Shown piece after piece: positions 13,679 to 25,574 of a stretch of DNA of 64,000 bases. Below the pieces are notes generated by a model, which saw only the letters and a program-made list of their open reading frames with translations, did not search any database and was not told the origin of the DNA. Numbering within the stretch: the first letter of the stretch is position 1; each line of letters opens with the position of its first letter. This DNA is from Octopus sinensis. Taxonomy: Eukaryota. The DNA lies in the NCBI RefSeq assembly GCF_006345805.1, contig NC_043012.1:59334001-59398000 (forward strand), read 5' to 3'. Made by a program: the position numbers and the translations under genes.

Positions 13679-14460
13679 CCTTGCTGCTGTTGGTTTTATT
13701 GTTTGCTGATTTTGTTAGTATTGGATTGCCAGACTCGTCAGAGCGTCGATCAAAATACGTTGCAGTATTTTATTCGGCTCTTTACGTTCTGAGTTCAAAT
13801 CCAGCAGAGATCGATTTTGCATTTCAACCCCTCGAATTTAATAAAATAAAAATATAAGCAGACTGATATTTGGGTATTGATTCTCCCCTCCCCTCAAAAT
13901 CACCGGTTTTGTGCCAATGCCAAACTAACAGAGCTGTTAGGGAGTCACAAAAAACGTGTTAAGGTATTACTTCTGAAAAGTAACCCCCAAGGTTCAAGTT
14001 CCGCTAAGGTCAGCTTTACCTTTGATCTTTTCGCCGTTGATAAAGCACTAATCAAATACTGGAGGCGAAGTAATAGATTAATCATCTGCTTCTTCATACT
14101 TTCAGGCCCTGAGAGTATATAAGGAACGAATGCTGTTAGCTAGCAGAATCGTATGTGCGTTTGACAAATTGTTTAGCAGCATTTCTTCAGATTTATTACG
14201 TTCTGTAATTGACTATTTTCTGGCCATTAAAATTGCTGGCCTTGTGCCAAAATTTGGAACAACTATAGGGTGGCAGAATCCTTAAGACGTCGCGCAAAAT
14301 GACAGCATTTCTACAGAATCAATATTTTCTGAGTATAAAAATCCAGCGAGGTCATCTTTGCCTTTCATTTTTTTCAGGGTAGATAAAATAAGTAACAATC
14401 TAGAACTTTTGTTGGTGGTACCCCTTAAAATTCCTGATCTTGCATACAAATTTGAAACAA

Positions 14461-14550
14461 TTATTATTATTAGTATTGTTCAGGTCACTGCTTGGAATCG
14501 AACTCGCAATCTTGGGGTTAGTAGCCCGCGCTCTTAAGCACTACGCCCAT
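14461..14550 (-). mobile_element. Inverted copy of the tRNA-like head of the element at 14633-14870
   Basis: Minus strand ATGGGCGTAGTGCTTAAGAGCGCGGGCTACTAACCCCAAGATTGCGAGTTCGATTCCAAGCAGTGACCTGAACAATACTAATAATAA, near-identical to 14633-14720. Confidence 0.85.
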
Positions 14551-14632
14551 GGACGTAGAGGTAAAGTGCGCGGCTTAGCCCACGGCATATGGCATATACT
14601 CCACTGGCATATTGCACATAGCCCACTGGAAT

Positions 14633-14870
14633 ATGGCGTAGTAGTTAAGAGCGCGGGCTACTGATCCCAAGATTCCGAGTTCGATTCCAAGTAGTGACCC
14701 GACTAATAATAATAATAACATCGAAAAATACCTTAGGAATGAGAACCCCGGTTCGAAATTTCCCCAAGATACCTGAAGAAGGCTGGAGGATATATCAGCC
14801 GAAACGTTGTGTTAATAACAATCAAGATGAGGACAAATAACCGTTGAATGTAAATAATGTAAATAATGAA
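14633..14870 (+). mobile_element. tRNA-headed SINE-like element carrying a hammerhead ribozyme
   Basis: A-box TGGCGTAGTAG, anticodon-like arm, B-box GAGTTCGATTCC (14677-14688), (AAT)n linker, hammerhead at 14768-14813, tail TGTAAATAATGTAAATAATG. Confidence 0.7.
14768..14813 (+). ncRNA. Minimal type I hammerhead ribozyme (Penelope-type)
   Basis: Stem I GATAC/GTGTT (two G-U pairs); core CTGAAGA plus extra A; stem II GGCTG/CAGCC; GAAAC; palindromic AACGTT; predicted cleavage after GTT at 14808. Confidence 0.75.
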
Positions 14871-15829
14871 CGTATTTTGTTGTTAAATAAATCATTTGTG
14901 CAGGTTTTTCTGGAAGAAATAGCAAATGCCTAACCCACCGTCTACAACAGAAGAATTCGCGATTGTGTCTGCAGAATCGTTAGAGCATCGATTAAAATTC
15001 CTTGCGGTATTTTTTCCCGCTCATTGAGTTCTGCTTTCACATCTCGACTGGATCAACTATCGGGGTCGAGAAAATAAGGTACCAATCAAGTACCTTCTCC
15101 CATCCAAATTTGCCGAACTTGTGCCTAAATCAAAACCCACCATTATTGCTCTCGTATGGCAGCCACATACTACCATCCCTGTCAACATATTCGTCGTCAT
15201 ATTCGTCTCAAACCTAACTCGAAATGTTAAGTATGAAAAATATATATAAAAAAAATGTAGTTTCGAATTTTAAATTATTTTTCATGCGATATTTTGCTGA
15301 CATTTACAATTAGGCACTGCGATTATACTTAATAGTCGCATGTCTTCAAACTCCTTCTTGCAAATATATAATTAAATATTAATGATTTTAATGAGCTATC
15401 ATTTGTTGTTGGTGTTGTCGTTTTGTCTCTGTTTCACTTTCTTCTTTTTTTTTTGATTTTTGTCATTTTATTGCTTGTTTGTCGGGTTTTTTTCTATTTT
15501 CTACTTTTTGACGTGTAGTGGAATGAGTAACGTGATACATGAGACTAGTTAAGGAAGAATTTACTGAAAGGCATAAGTGCCCTCCCTCGTGAAGTAGTAG
15601 TAGTAGGAGGAGTAGGAGGAGGAGGAGGAAGTGGTGGTGATGGTGGTGGGACGAAATGAGGAGGAGGTCGGGGAGAAGGGGTTGTTGGGCAAGAACAAGG
15701 AAGTGGTTGTCGAAGGAGAGAAGTCGGTGGACGAGGAGCAATAGAAAATGCTGTTACTACTGCTGTTGGAGATGTGTGTTATTGTTGTTGTTGTTGTTGT
15801 TTGCTGCCGTTGTTGTTCTTGTTGTTTTT

Positions 15830-15857
15830 CTTTTTCTTCTACTTCTTCTACTTCTTC

Positions 15858-15889
<32 letters not shown>

Positions 15890-15957
15890 CTTCTTCTTCT
15901 TCTTCTTCTTCTTCTTCTTCTTCTTCTTCTTCTTGGTGGTGGTGGTGGTGGTGGTGA
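15830..15957. repeat. (TTC)n-(TGG)n microsatellite
   Basis: Direct reading. Confidence 0.95.
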
Positions 15958-16055
15958 TGGTCTTCAAAGTATTTTCAAATTAAGGTTGGCAATGAGATCT
16001 GAGAAAATTCTTTACCATTTCTGCTTGTGGTTTCTTTCCCTCACATTGACTGCTT

Positions 16056-16118
<63 letters not shown>

Positions 16119-16127
16119 GCATGTATG

Positions 16128-16158
<31 letters not shown>

Positions 16159-16255
16159 ACAATATATACACACACATGTCTATCGCCATCTATCTATACA
16201 TATTTTTCGTCTCTGTATTTATTATACCTGTTTTCATTTATTATCTATATACATA

Positions 16256-16420
16256 GGCATTGGAGTGGCTGTGTGGTAAGAAACCTGCTTCCCAACTACA
16301 TGGTCCCGGGTTCAGTCCCTCAACGTGGCACCTTGGGCAAGTGTCTTCATCTGTAGCCTCGGACTGACCAAAGTGATGTGAGTGGATTTGGTAGGCAGAA
16401 ATTGAAAGAAACCCGTCATA
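16256..16420 (+). mobile_element. SINE family B, 5' half
   Basis: TGGCTGTGTGG A-box, GGGTTCAGTCCC B-box, CCTTGGGCAAGTGTCTTC CORE-like segment. Confidence 0.85.
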
Positions 16421-16520
16421 TATACATATATGTGTGTGTGTGTCTGTGTGTGCGTGTGTGTGTGCGTGTGTGTGTGTGTGTGTGTTTGTGTGTGTGCCTG
16501 TGTGTGTCTATATATATATA

Positions 16521-17255
16521 TAAATCTTAAACGCAGGATAATGCTAATATTATAGCCTGAACAGGATAAGCTACCCCTATTTTGCAGAAAAAAGTGTTGG
16601 CGGCCGGCTATGAGACCGACCGTGTATATCTGAATGTGTATATATCATAGCCGCCGCCAAAACTTTTTTCTGCAAAATAGGGGTAGCTTATCCTGTTCAG
16701 GCTATATTATTGGCATTATCCTGCGTTTGAGAATTTAGAAAAATTTTCATACCAGTGGCTAATATGCTTAATAAATTCAATAGACAACATATTTTCATAT
16801 ATAATAGTGTACAAACAAGTTTTTATACACGGAAGAGATGACCTTTGACAGGACACCTTACATGTTAGAAAGGGTAGTGAAAAACCAAACCACAAATATA
16901 TTTCGAAGCCTTTCTGATACGCAGTTTTAATTTTATTATTATTCGCTGCCAAATGTAACTACGCTTGCGCGGTAGATTTGAAAAATATAATGTATAAGTA
17001 TGCAGCACGTGTATTTTCGGTACGTATGAGCTACATAAATATGCATTAATTTTAACGAACTCACTGAAGAAATACTGATGACAAATTAATTAATTTGCTC
17101 ATTAATACAGAAACTCGAATTTGAGGTTAACTAGAACGAATATATTTTATTTTCATTCTCTTTGAAATTGCTTGTTTTCATGGTTTGGGCGTTAACTGCC
17201 CTTTCCAGCATGTAAGGTCACTTCTTCGTGTATAAATACTTATTTGTACACTATT
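16521..17255 (+). mobile_element. (TA)n-flanked element with fold-back 5' end and hammerhead (putative Penelope pseudo-LTR)
   Basis: Inverted arms 16521-16613 and 16645-16737, continuing through a hammerhead at 17060-17125 into (TA)n. Confidence 0.6.
17060..17125 (+). ncRNA. Hammerhead ribozyme, partly degenerate
   Basis: Stem I CTCA/TGAG; CTGAAGA at 17064-17070; long imperfect stem II 17072-17108; GAAAC at 17110-17114; TCGA palindrome; ATT at the cleavage triplet (GTT expected). Confidence 0.6.
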
Positions 17256-17266
17256 ATATATATATA

Positions 17267-18212
17267 CAGGGGTTGGACATAATGATGGAACACATGGCAT
17301 TATAGCATCATAATTTTGAAATATCTATAAAAGCATCAAAAGCTTGTTTATTTTTATGTTTTGGGATTTATTATTATGTTGCTTATATGTTTTACTAAAA
17401 TTGTTGTTTCTTTTCAGATATCGTCAGAAAAAGTTAATTAAAATTCATGAAAAAGACAGATCTGTCGGACTTTCAAATAAGTCAAATTGTTGGTGCTCGT
17501 AAGGCAGGCGCTAACGTAACGAAAACAGCCGAAATGTGTGGTGTATTCAGAAGTACTGTCACAAAAATGACAGCCATAGAGAAAGACGGAAAAACCTCGT
17601 CGTCGAACCAAAACTCCGGAAGAAAACCAAAGCTTTCAGATAGGGACCGTCGGACTCTTACGCAAATTATTAGAAACGATCACAAAAGTACAGCATTCAA
17701 AATTGCTGCAGAGCTTAATGACCACCTCGAGAACCCAGTTTCCACAAAACCTGCTCGCCGGGAGCTACACAAAGCCGGATTTCACTGGAGGGCTGCAATC
17801 AGAAAGCCACTACTTTCAAAAACAAATGGAGTGAAAGTGGAGTAAAAGCCTACAGAATTGGTCCCTAGAGCAGTGGAAGAATGCTATTTTCTCGGACGAG
17901 TCATCCTTTGCCATACTTCCGATCACCGTCCGACTATACGTGTGGAGACAGGCAGAAGAAGCATTTGACGGAGACTGCCTTCTTCCAACTGTTAAACATG
18001 GAGGATCTGTGTTGATCTGGGCTGAGAGCTATAACTTGGAAATCCGCCACCCAATGGTTTCCCTTCATGGCAGAATTAATAGTCAAGACTATTTAAGCAT
18101 TTTATCTGATCAAATTCATCCTATGGTTGTGGAACTGTTTCCAGGGGAAAACGCAATCTTTCACAAAGCGAAAGTTGTTATCGAATGGCAAAAGGAATAC
18201 TCTAGTGAAGTT
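17267..18212 (+). mobile_element. Tc1-family DNA transposon, 3'-truncated
   Basis: Starts TA|CAGGGGTTGGACA (Tc1-type TIR), contains transposase remnants, ends abruptly in (TA)n with no right TIR. Confidence 0.9.
17447..18212 (+). pseudogene. Tc1 transposase pseudogene
   Basis: HTH region with SGRKPKLSDRDRR, RAAIRKPLLS, frameshift, WKNAIFSDES (first D), LPTVKHGG.SVLIW, GRINSQDYLSIL; second-D motif absent (GENAIF|HKAKVV). Confidence 0.9.
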
Positions 18213-18213
18213 G

Positions 18214-18268
<55 letters not shown>

Positions 18269-18737
18269 AAGAAAGAGAGGCTTAGCTCTTGGATGGCATA
18301 TTGGCATATATAAATCTACATATAATAGGATTCTTTCGTAACAAGGTGAGGTTTTAAACTGAAAGCTTTACTATCCATAGACAGAACACAACGTAGCGAT
18401 AGTTTAATAATACTTTTTTAAAAAGTCTTAAAGCACGAACGTAGCCAGTTCCATTTAAACACATACACACACAGACACAGACACACACTCACACACACAC
18501 ATATGTATATATTTATTTATTTAGGCATGTATAAATGTAAGTACGTCTCCTTTTATATCTGCGTCTGCACGTATGCATATTTACAAGCAGACTCTTTATC
18601 ATTACAAATGTGGAAATGTTCGCCTTCATTTTCGTATGAAGCCATATATATATATATATATATATTCACACATATATACACATATATATATATACATATG
18701 TACACATATATACACACACATATATATATACATATGC

Positions 18738-18777
<40 letters not shown>

Positions 18778-19484
18778 ATATATTTATATATGTATATATG
18801 CTCATATATGCGTTCATATACCTTCCTATAGCATACTAAACTTCAACTAAGTTTTGCATATATATATATTCACATTTCCGTTAATGGCTTGTAGCCAACG
18901 GAGAAATCCTTTTTTTTTTTGCCATTTTATAGCAATTACATAAGTCATTATTGAGTTCATAACTCCAATAAAAATGTACTTTATAGTTTCGGCTTCTTCT
19001 ATAACTATAACTAATAAGATTTTGTTTACATTTTTTTCATTTTTTTCTCCTTCGCTCTTCTCTGGTTCTGTTGTTGTTGCTGTTGTTTTTGTCGTTGTTA
19101 CCGCCGTGGCCGGCTATGTGTTTGCAGCGAATCCCTGCATAGTACATAAAAATTGAGATGAATATCAGTATGATCTTATATAAAAGGTTTCTTTAAAGAA
19201 TGTGATCAGAAGAATAACTTGTTATGTAACATGACAGTGGCATTAATGGCGGACATAGTATTCACCGTAAATTCAATAGTCTGCCTAAGCTGAGCATGTA
19301 GCTGTTGTTCACATTAAATGTCTGACTTTGAGTAAACGCATGTATGAATGTGTTCACATATATTTCGGTTTCTCTCTGTCAGTCGAACTAGGTAGTTAGC
19401 CATCTTTGTGTGTACATAGATGCATACATACATTAAACAAACATAAACAGACGCATACAAATATACAAACACATACACACACAC

Positions 19485-19517
<33 letters not shown>

Positions 19518-19669
19518 ATATACACCCACACACCCACACACATATAAATATATGTGAACAAACAAACTCCAGAGGAAAATTTACTGTTCTTTTATTATCG
19601 ATTTTACAACACGCATACACACACACATTTATGTATATGTATGCATGTATATATGTTTATATATGTATG

Positions 19670-19711
<42 letters not shown>

Positions 19712-19789
19712 CACGATGTTTATACAGAAGAGTAATGCAAGGTTGGCTATAGCTTTTATTTATTTATTTATTTATTGACATAGTCCTTG

Positions 19790-20790
19790 AAAACCGCATA
19801 TGTTGACGGAATAACTCTTCAACGATACAAACGTTTTGCTCAACATAGTCTCTAATGATGAAAACAACTTTCGAATCCTCTTTGAAATATTTCTCATGCG
19901 TTCTGACTTACTTCTTCACACCCACTATCACTTCGTCTATGTGATGAAATCGTCTGCCCCGATGACTCGCCTTCTATGTGTAGAGGCACATGGCCTTGTG
20001 GTTAGAGCAGCGGACTCGCGGTCGAGGGATAGCGGGTTCGAATCTCAGACCGGGCGATGTGTGTGTTTATGAGCGAAACACCTCAGCTCCACGCCGCTCC
20101 GGCAGGAGGTAACGGCGAACTTCTCCTGACTCTTTCGTCACAACTGTCTCTCACTCTTTCCTCCTGCATCTTGCAGCTCACCTGCGACGGACGGCATCCC
20201 GTCCAGGTGGGGAACCTATACGCCAAGGAAACCGGGAAACCGGCCCTTATGAACCAGGCGTATCTCGAGAAGGAACAGACAAAACTCCTTCTATGAACGA
20301 AACATTTGGAAAAACGGACACTGCAAGATCCGGGCTGTACTGTGGATATGGAGAGCACTGGTCATCCCAGTTTGCTGATCGCGTGATTGCTGATCGCGTC
20401 AAATGCGTATAGGGTCACGCATTATCACAATGATTGTGAATTGTTTTCAGATTCTTGTTCGGTCTCTCCCTCTTAATCGCTTTTCTAACCTACCTTTTAG
20501 AATGTCTCAAGGTGACTCCAGTTGTTCATGGTTCACTAATGTTCTGGAAAACCAGTTTGAATTACATCCTTATCGCCAACAAAATCAGCCACCGTGATTT
20601 TCGGTACCGTTCGCTATTCTTGAACATCTTAAGCCATTCTGTGGACTGATCTTTATTTCCGTATCATTGATACTCCATATTTCATCACCTGTCGCCAGTT
20701 AGAACAAAAAAGTATGTTTGTTTTCATTGGCTTCAAGCATTTCAGCAGATCAGCGCAAACTTCTACTGTTTTTAACTCGAAAGAAGAAAG
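19790..20790 (-). pseudogene. Mariner (DD34D-type) transposase remnant interrupted by a SINE
   Basis: Minus-strand fragments VEVCADLL, LATGDEIW, HCDNA*PYT, HPQYSPDLA, RGRRFHHIDEVI, DYVEQ, in mariner order; many stops and frameshifts. Confidence 0.8.
19979..20286 (+). mobile_element. Full-length SINE family C with 9-bp TSD
   Basis: Near-identical to 4085-4386; direct repeat CCTTCTATG at 19970-19978 and 20287-20295. Confidence 0.9.
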
Positions 20791-21139
20791 CTAAATATCA
20801 AGGCTAGGAATATGACAGGAGACTTATGAAGATGAGATATTCATCACTTTTTTAAAACAAAATTTAATGGTTTTAGGGAAGAGATCTTATGTCGATTTGA
20901 AATTGAAACTGCGTTGCAATCGCAATGACAGCTGACGTTGCCACTTTATCATTTCACCGAATCATATCAGCATCAGTATTTATAAATACTACAACAACTG
21001 TTGCTGCTGCTGCTACTGCAACCACTACCACCACCACCACCAGTAATAATAATAATAATAATAATAATAATCCATTATCTTACTACTTCAACTGGTGAAC
21101 CATTCCATGAACAACAAACAACTACTACTACTACTACTC

Positions 21140-21172
<33 letters not shown>

Positions 21173-21260
21173 AACTAGTTGCAAATCGAACGTGCTGTAA
21201 ACGATGTCTTGCCAGAAATCATTCAAATTGATTTCATTCTCCCTAAATCTATGCTTCCAT

Positions 21261-21307
<47 letters not shown>

Positions 21308-21949
21308 TATAGATATATAGATATATAGATATATATATATATGTATATATATTTATATATATATATATATATCGCAACATCGCAAATCGCAACGCGTAAT
21401 AACGTAACGATTTTAGTGAGTTTTTATCATGTAGATTTTGACTGTTATACATTATATCATCGCAATGTATCCTTCGCTGGGATTTTTCTCCCTCTTTTTA
21501 CTGCAAATAATTAATAAAATGCGGCATTCGGTTTTCTCTGCTCGAGTAACCATGCGCAAATCTGAAGCAATTACAAAAGCTGTAGCTGAAATCTCTGTTA
21601 TCAACTTTCCAGCCTGTGTAATTCACGAGCAAAACTGGAAAGTATCTGAGAAAGCTTGCTGCTTTAAAAAAAAAAGGAAAATGGCGCAGCAATGGTCAAT
21701 TCAGCCATGTTTTCTTACGTTATACTCCTCACTATTGCAGAAGGCTTCAACTAAGCATATACTGGGCAAAATGTAAATGTAAATGTAAATTAATGCTGTA
21801 AAGAAAGACTCAAAGATTGAGTAGATTGCCCTTTTTTTTTTTCTTATATTTTTATTTTCCTTCTTTACAAGGAGAGATTGTTCATTTCTGTTTTTTTTCT
21901 TTTTCGAATGGAGTTTCACTTTTTTGTCTTGTAAAGCGATCATACGGAT

Positions 21950-22290
21950 ATGCAAAATCACATCATCAACATCACCATCATCATCATCTATCTTGTAGTC
22001 CTCGTCGTCGTCGTCATCATCTTCATCATCATCATCGTCACTGTTGTAGTTGTCGCGAGCATCATCACAATCATAGTCATCGCTGTCATCGCTATTATGT
22101 TCCCCTTTTTTCGCCTCTTCCTTGTCCGCTTCCTTCTCCACCTCATCATCATCATCATCATCATCATTATTGTCAGCAGCCCTGCCACTTTCCTTGTCAT
22201 CGTCGTCAGCGGCGGAGGAGGGGCCGTCTTCGACGTCGTTGCCACCACCATTATCAGCAAACGACATCTTTCCTACCTTCATGAACAGCA
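21950..22290. repeat. Degenerate (CAT/CGT)n tract
   Basis: Low-complexity; opens ORFs in several frames on both strands. Confidence 0.8.
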
Positions 22291-22374
22291 GTCATCACCC
22301 TTCATTACTGTTTTGGAAGGGAGACCACTCAATAGGCTACTAGACAACCTCAACCATCACAGCCATTCCCTAAC

Positions 22375-22480
22375 ATCTTATTTCTTTATTGCCCACAAGG
22401 GGCTAAACATAGAGGGGGCAAACAAGGACAGACAAACGGATTAAGTCAATTACATCGACACCAGTGCGTAACTGGTACTT
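22375..22480 (-). mobile_element. SINE family A, 3' fragment
   Basis: CCCACAAGGGGCTAAACATAGAGGGGGCAAACAAGGACAGACAAACGGATTAAGTC. Confidence 0.8.
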
Positions 22481-22539
22481 TACACACACAGATACACATA
22501 CATACATATATACATACTTGATGGACTTCTTTCAGTTTC

Positions 22540-22680
22540 TGTCTGCCAAATCCACTCACAAGGCTTTGGACGGCCCGAGGCTATAGGAGAAGATACTTGC
22601 CCAAGGTGCCACGCAGTAGGACTGAACCCGGACCTATGTGGTTCGTATGTAGGCTATTTAACACACAGCCACTCAAACGC
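22540..22680 (-). mobile_element. SINE family B, 5' half
   Basis: Reverse complement of the family B head and core. Confidence 0.8.
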
Positions 22681-22810
22681 CTATACACACACGCACACGC
22701 ACACACATACACACACACACACACATACACACACATACACACACAGGGAGACAAACAGACAGCCAGACTGTAACACTTTACTGTTCCATCAGAAAAATTG
22801 CAATTCGTAT

Positions 22811-22892
22811 TTGAAGCTCTGATGAAACTACAAGCTGTTATACAGGCACTCAACTACGAGACTACCAAATCTTATTGTGGAAACAGCTTCAA
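22811..22892 (+). ncRNA. Hammerhead remnant lacking the cleavage triplet
   Basis: 8-bp stem I TTGAAGCT/AGCTTCAA, CTGATGA at 22819-22825, GAAAC at 22880-22884, but GAAAC abuts the 3' strand of stem I directly. Confidence 0.45.
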
Positions 22893-23214
22893 GCTAATGA
22901 AGTTAATCGTTTATTAATATTTTTATAAGCTTAAAGTTTATAAGCGGTTACTAAGTAATTGACTAAAGAAAGTAATCTGAAATTTAGGATATAAACCCTC
23001 GGCAGAAGAATGTGGGTTTTCGTACGCGTAAGACTCAAACCTACCCCTCTGTGCTAAGCAAGTCGGTCGTGAAAACACAGAGGTGTGATTTCGAGTTCTC
23101 CCCGTATGGAAAACCCACTTTTTTTCTGTCGAGGGCCTATATACCCAAATATTAAATTGCTTCCTTTAGTCAATACACGGTGGTCTCTTATAAAGTTTAA
23201 GCTTATACAAATAA

Positions 23215-23224
23215 TAATAATAAT

Positions 23225-23269
<45 letters not shown>

Positions 23270-23640
23270 CAACAACAATAATAAGATATTATTATTATTA
23301 TTATTGTTATTATTATTATTATTATTAATATTATTATTATTATTATTATCATTATTATTAATATTATTATTATTATCATTATTATTATTATATTATTATT
23401 ATTATTATTATCATTATTATTACTATTATATTATTATCATTATATTATTATTATCATTATTATTATTATTATCATTATTATTATTATTATTATTATTATC
23501 ATTATTATTATTATTATTTATTATTATTATTATTATATATTATCATTATTATTATTATTATTATCATATTATTATTATTATTATTATTATTATCATTATA
23601 TTATTATTATCATTATTATTATTATTATTATTATTGTTAT
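23215..23640. repeat. (AAT)n/(ATT)n microsatellite block
   Basis: Direct reading. Confidence 0.95.
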
Positions 23641-24087
23641 TATATGTAAGTGTCTAATCAAGGATTCGAATTGAAATAGAGCTTATTATGTTATTTTATT
23701 ATGTGAAAGTCATTATGTAATCCCCGACCCATCACAGCTGAAAGATAATGATCAAAACCTTGTGCTGGACAAACAAATCCAAGCTTATCCATAGAACATA
23801 ATTACAACGACTGTTTGTATATCATACGTTCGGTTATATTTTTTTGCTTTCTTCCTTTCTTTCTCTCATACTTTTCTTTTACTAAACGCACACGGCCTGT
23901 ATTTAATGCTAAAGCATTGAATGAAATCGCCACCGTGGTAAGCGATGGTGGTTTCTGTCAACTGGGCAACTGTTCACGCAAACCACGGTGATGTTGCGAT
24001 AGTTTAGAAGATTAGATCTTGTCCTTCCTACAAAGACTGATGTTGAATCGGAGGCATATAGCTGTCTACTAACACATATGTGCACTT

Positions 24088-24157
<70 letters not shown>

Positions 24158-24378
24158 TATAGGCGGGGCTGTTTGCTAAGAAGTTTGCTTCCAAACCACA
24201 TTGTTCCGAGTTTAGTCCCACTGCGTCGCCGCAACTGGGGCAAGTGGTTTCTTTGCCACGGGCCAACTAAAGCCTTGTGAATGGATTTTGTAGACAGAAA
24301 CCGAAACGAATATGTCGTGTGTGTGCGCGCGCGCTCGTGAGTGCATGTATGTGTATGTGTGCGCGGACATATTCACAA

Positions 24379-24426
<48 letters not shown>

Positions 24427-24462
24427 CTATAAAATGTTATGTTACAATTACTCAATAGTCAA

Positions 24463-24523
24463 GATAAAACTCTGAGTTTCAGATGCCGAAGTGGAAATCC
24501 ACAACACCATCTCTTCGGTTATC
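24463..24523 (-). ncRNA. Hammerhead ribozyme, U4C variant
   Basis: Minus strand GATAA-CCGAAGA-GATG...CATC-T-GAAAC-TCAGA-GTT-TTATC: 5-bp stem I, stem II GATG/CATC, near-palindromic stem III. Confidence 0.55.
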
Positions 24524-24666
24524 TAGCCATCTGAAAAAACGCTATGAAAAAATACCGTTATATAAAGGGAAATTATATATACTCATATAAATATATATAT
24601 ATATATACATATGTATATATACATATATATCTATACACATATAAATATATATATACATATATATTT

Positions 24667-24725
<59 letters not shown>

Positions 24726-24959
24726 CATATCAAACTAAAATCATTGAACAAGCAAATACAAAGTCAACCGCATGTCATTTCATAATTCGAACATTAATTA
24801 TAGAATAAACATATAATCCGCAAGATGGAACAAAAATTCATATGTACAGCACGTAATAATAATAATATAATATTAATATGGTATGGTGCAAGAAAAATAT
24901 ATATATATACACAAACATATATAGGTATATATAAATTCTATAATTATGACCATAATTAT

Positions 24960-25528
24960 AATTAGGGTTCGGCAAAATTTGATTCACCACATACCGAAAT
25001 TGAAAAATAGCAGTTAAAATACTTTTCTCCTACCATAAGATAACTCCCAGACAGCAATACTCAACAATTCACGCAGGTAAAGAGAAAAACTAACGAATCC
25101 ACCCGATTTTATTATTTGTATACGCGTTTCGGGGTTAAAGAGATGTAAAAAGATGTAAAATCATATTTCTACTCACTCATTCCCTTCATAAGTATAGTAT
25201 TTCAAATTTTAAATTCGAAAACACTGATAATTAACATACGTATTCGACCAAGCGCCATCGAATAACACATATCCAACAACCAGTATTTCCGAATTCAAAC
25301 AGACGAATGAGATCTCGCATTCCCTCTCAATCACCCACGCGTGTTACTATCAATTTACCAGAAACTGCAGTTTACTATCAGGGAGTGAATTATATTATCA
25401 ATAATAATTATGCTCACAATTATAGAATTTTTGTATAACCGATAATGGTTCTTTTAATATACCGAACTACTTGGTAAAATTAATAATTGTTAATTGCTTA
25501 ATTAATTTTACCCTTTATTATCATTGAT

Positions 25529-25530
<2 letters not shown>
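24960..25530. mobile_element. Two outward-facing putative pseudo-LTR tails in a (TA)n tract
   Basis: Minus part ends AAATTTTGCCGAACCCTAAT (compare 50060-50090, 58395-58425) and holds a degenerate hammerhead; the plus part resembles 5340-5437. Confidence 0.45.
25116..25196 (-). ncRNA. Degenerate hammerhead
   Basis: Minus strand CTTATGA-A-GGG...CCCC-GAAAC-GC-GTA; G5 mutated, stem I weak. Confidence 0.45.
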
Positions 25531-25559
<29 letters not shown>

Positions 25560-25574
25560 ATATATATATATATA

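Noticed and set aside
14633-14700. Functional tRNA gene
   Set aside because: It has A and B boxes but no acceptor-stem closure or oligo-T terminator, and it continues into repeat sequence; treated as a SINE head. The same applies to families A-C.
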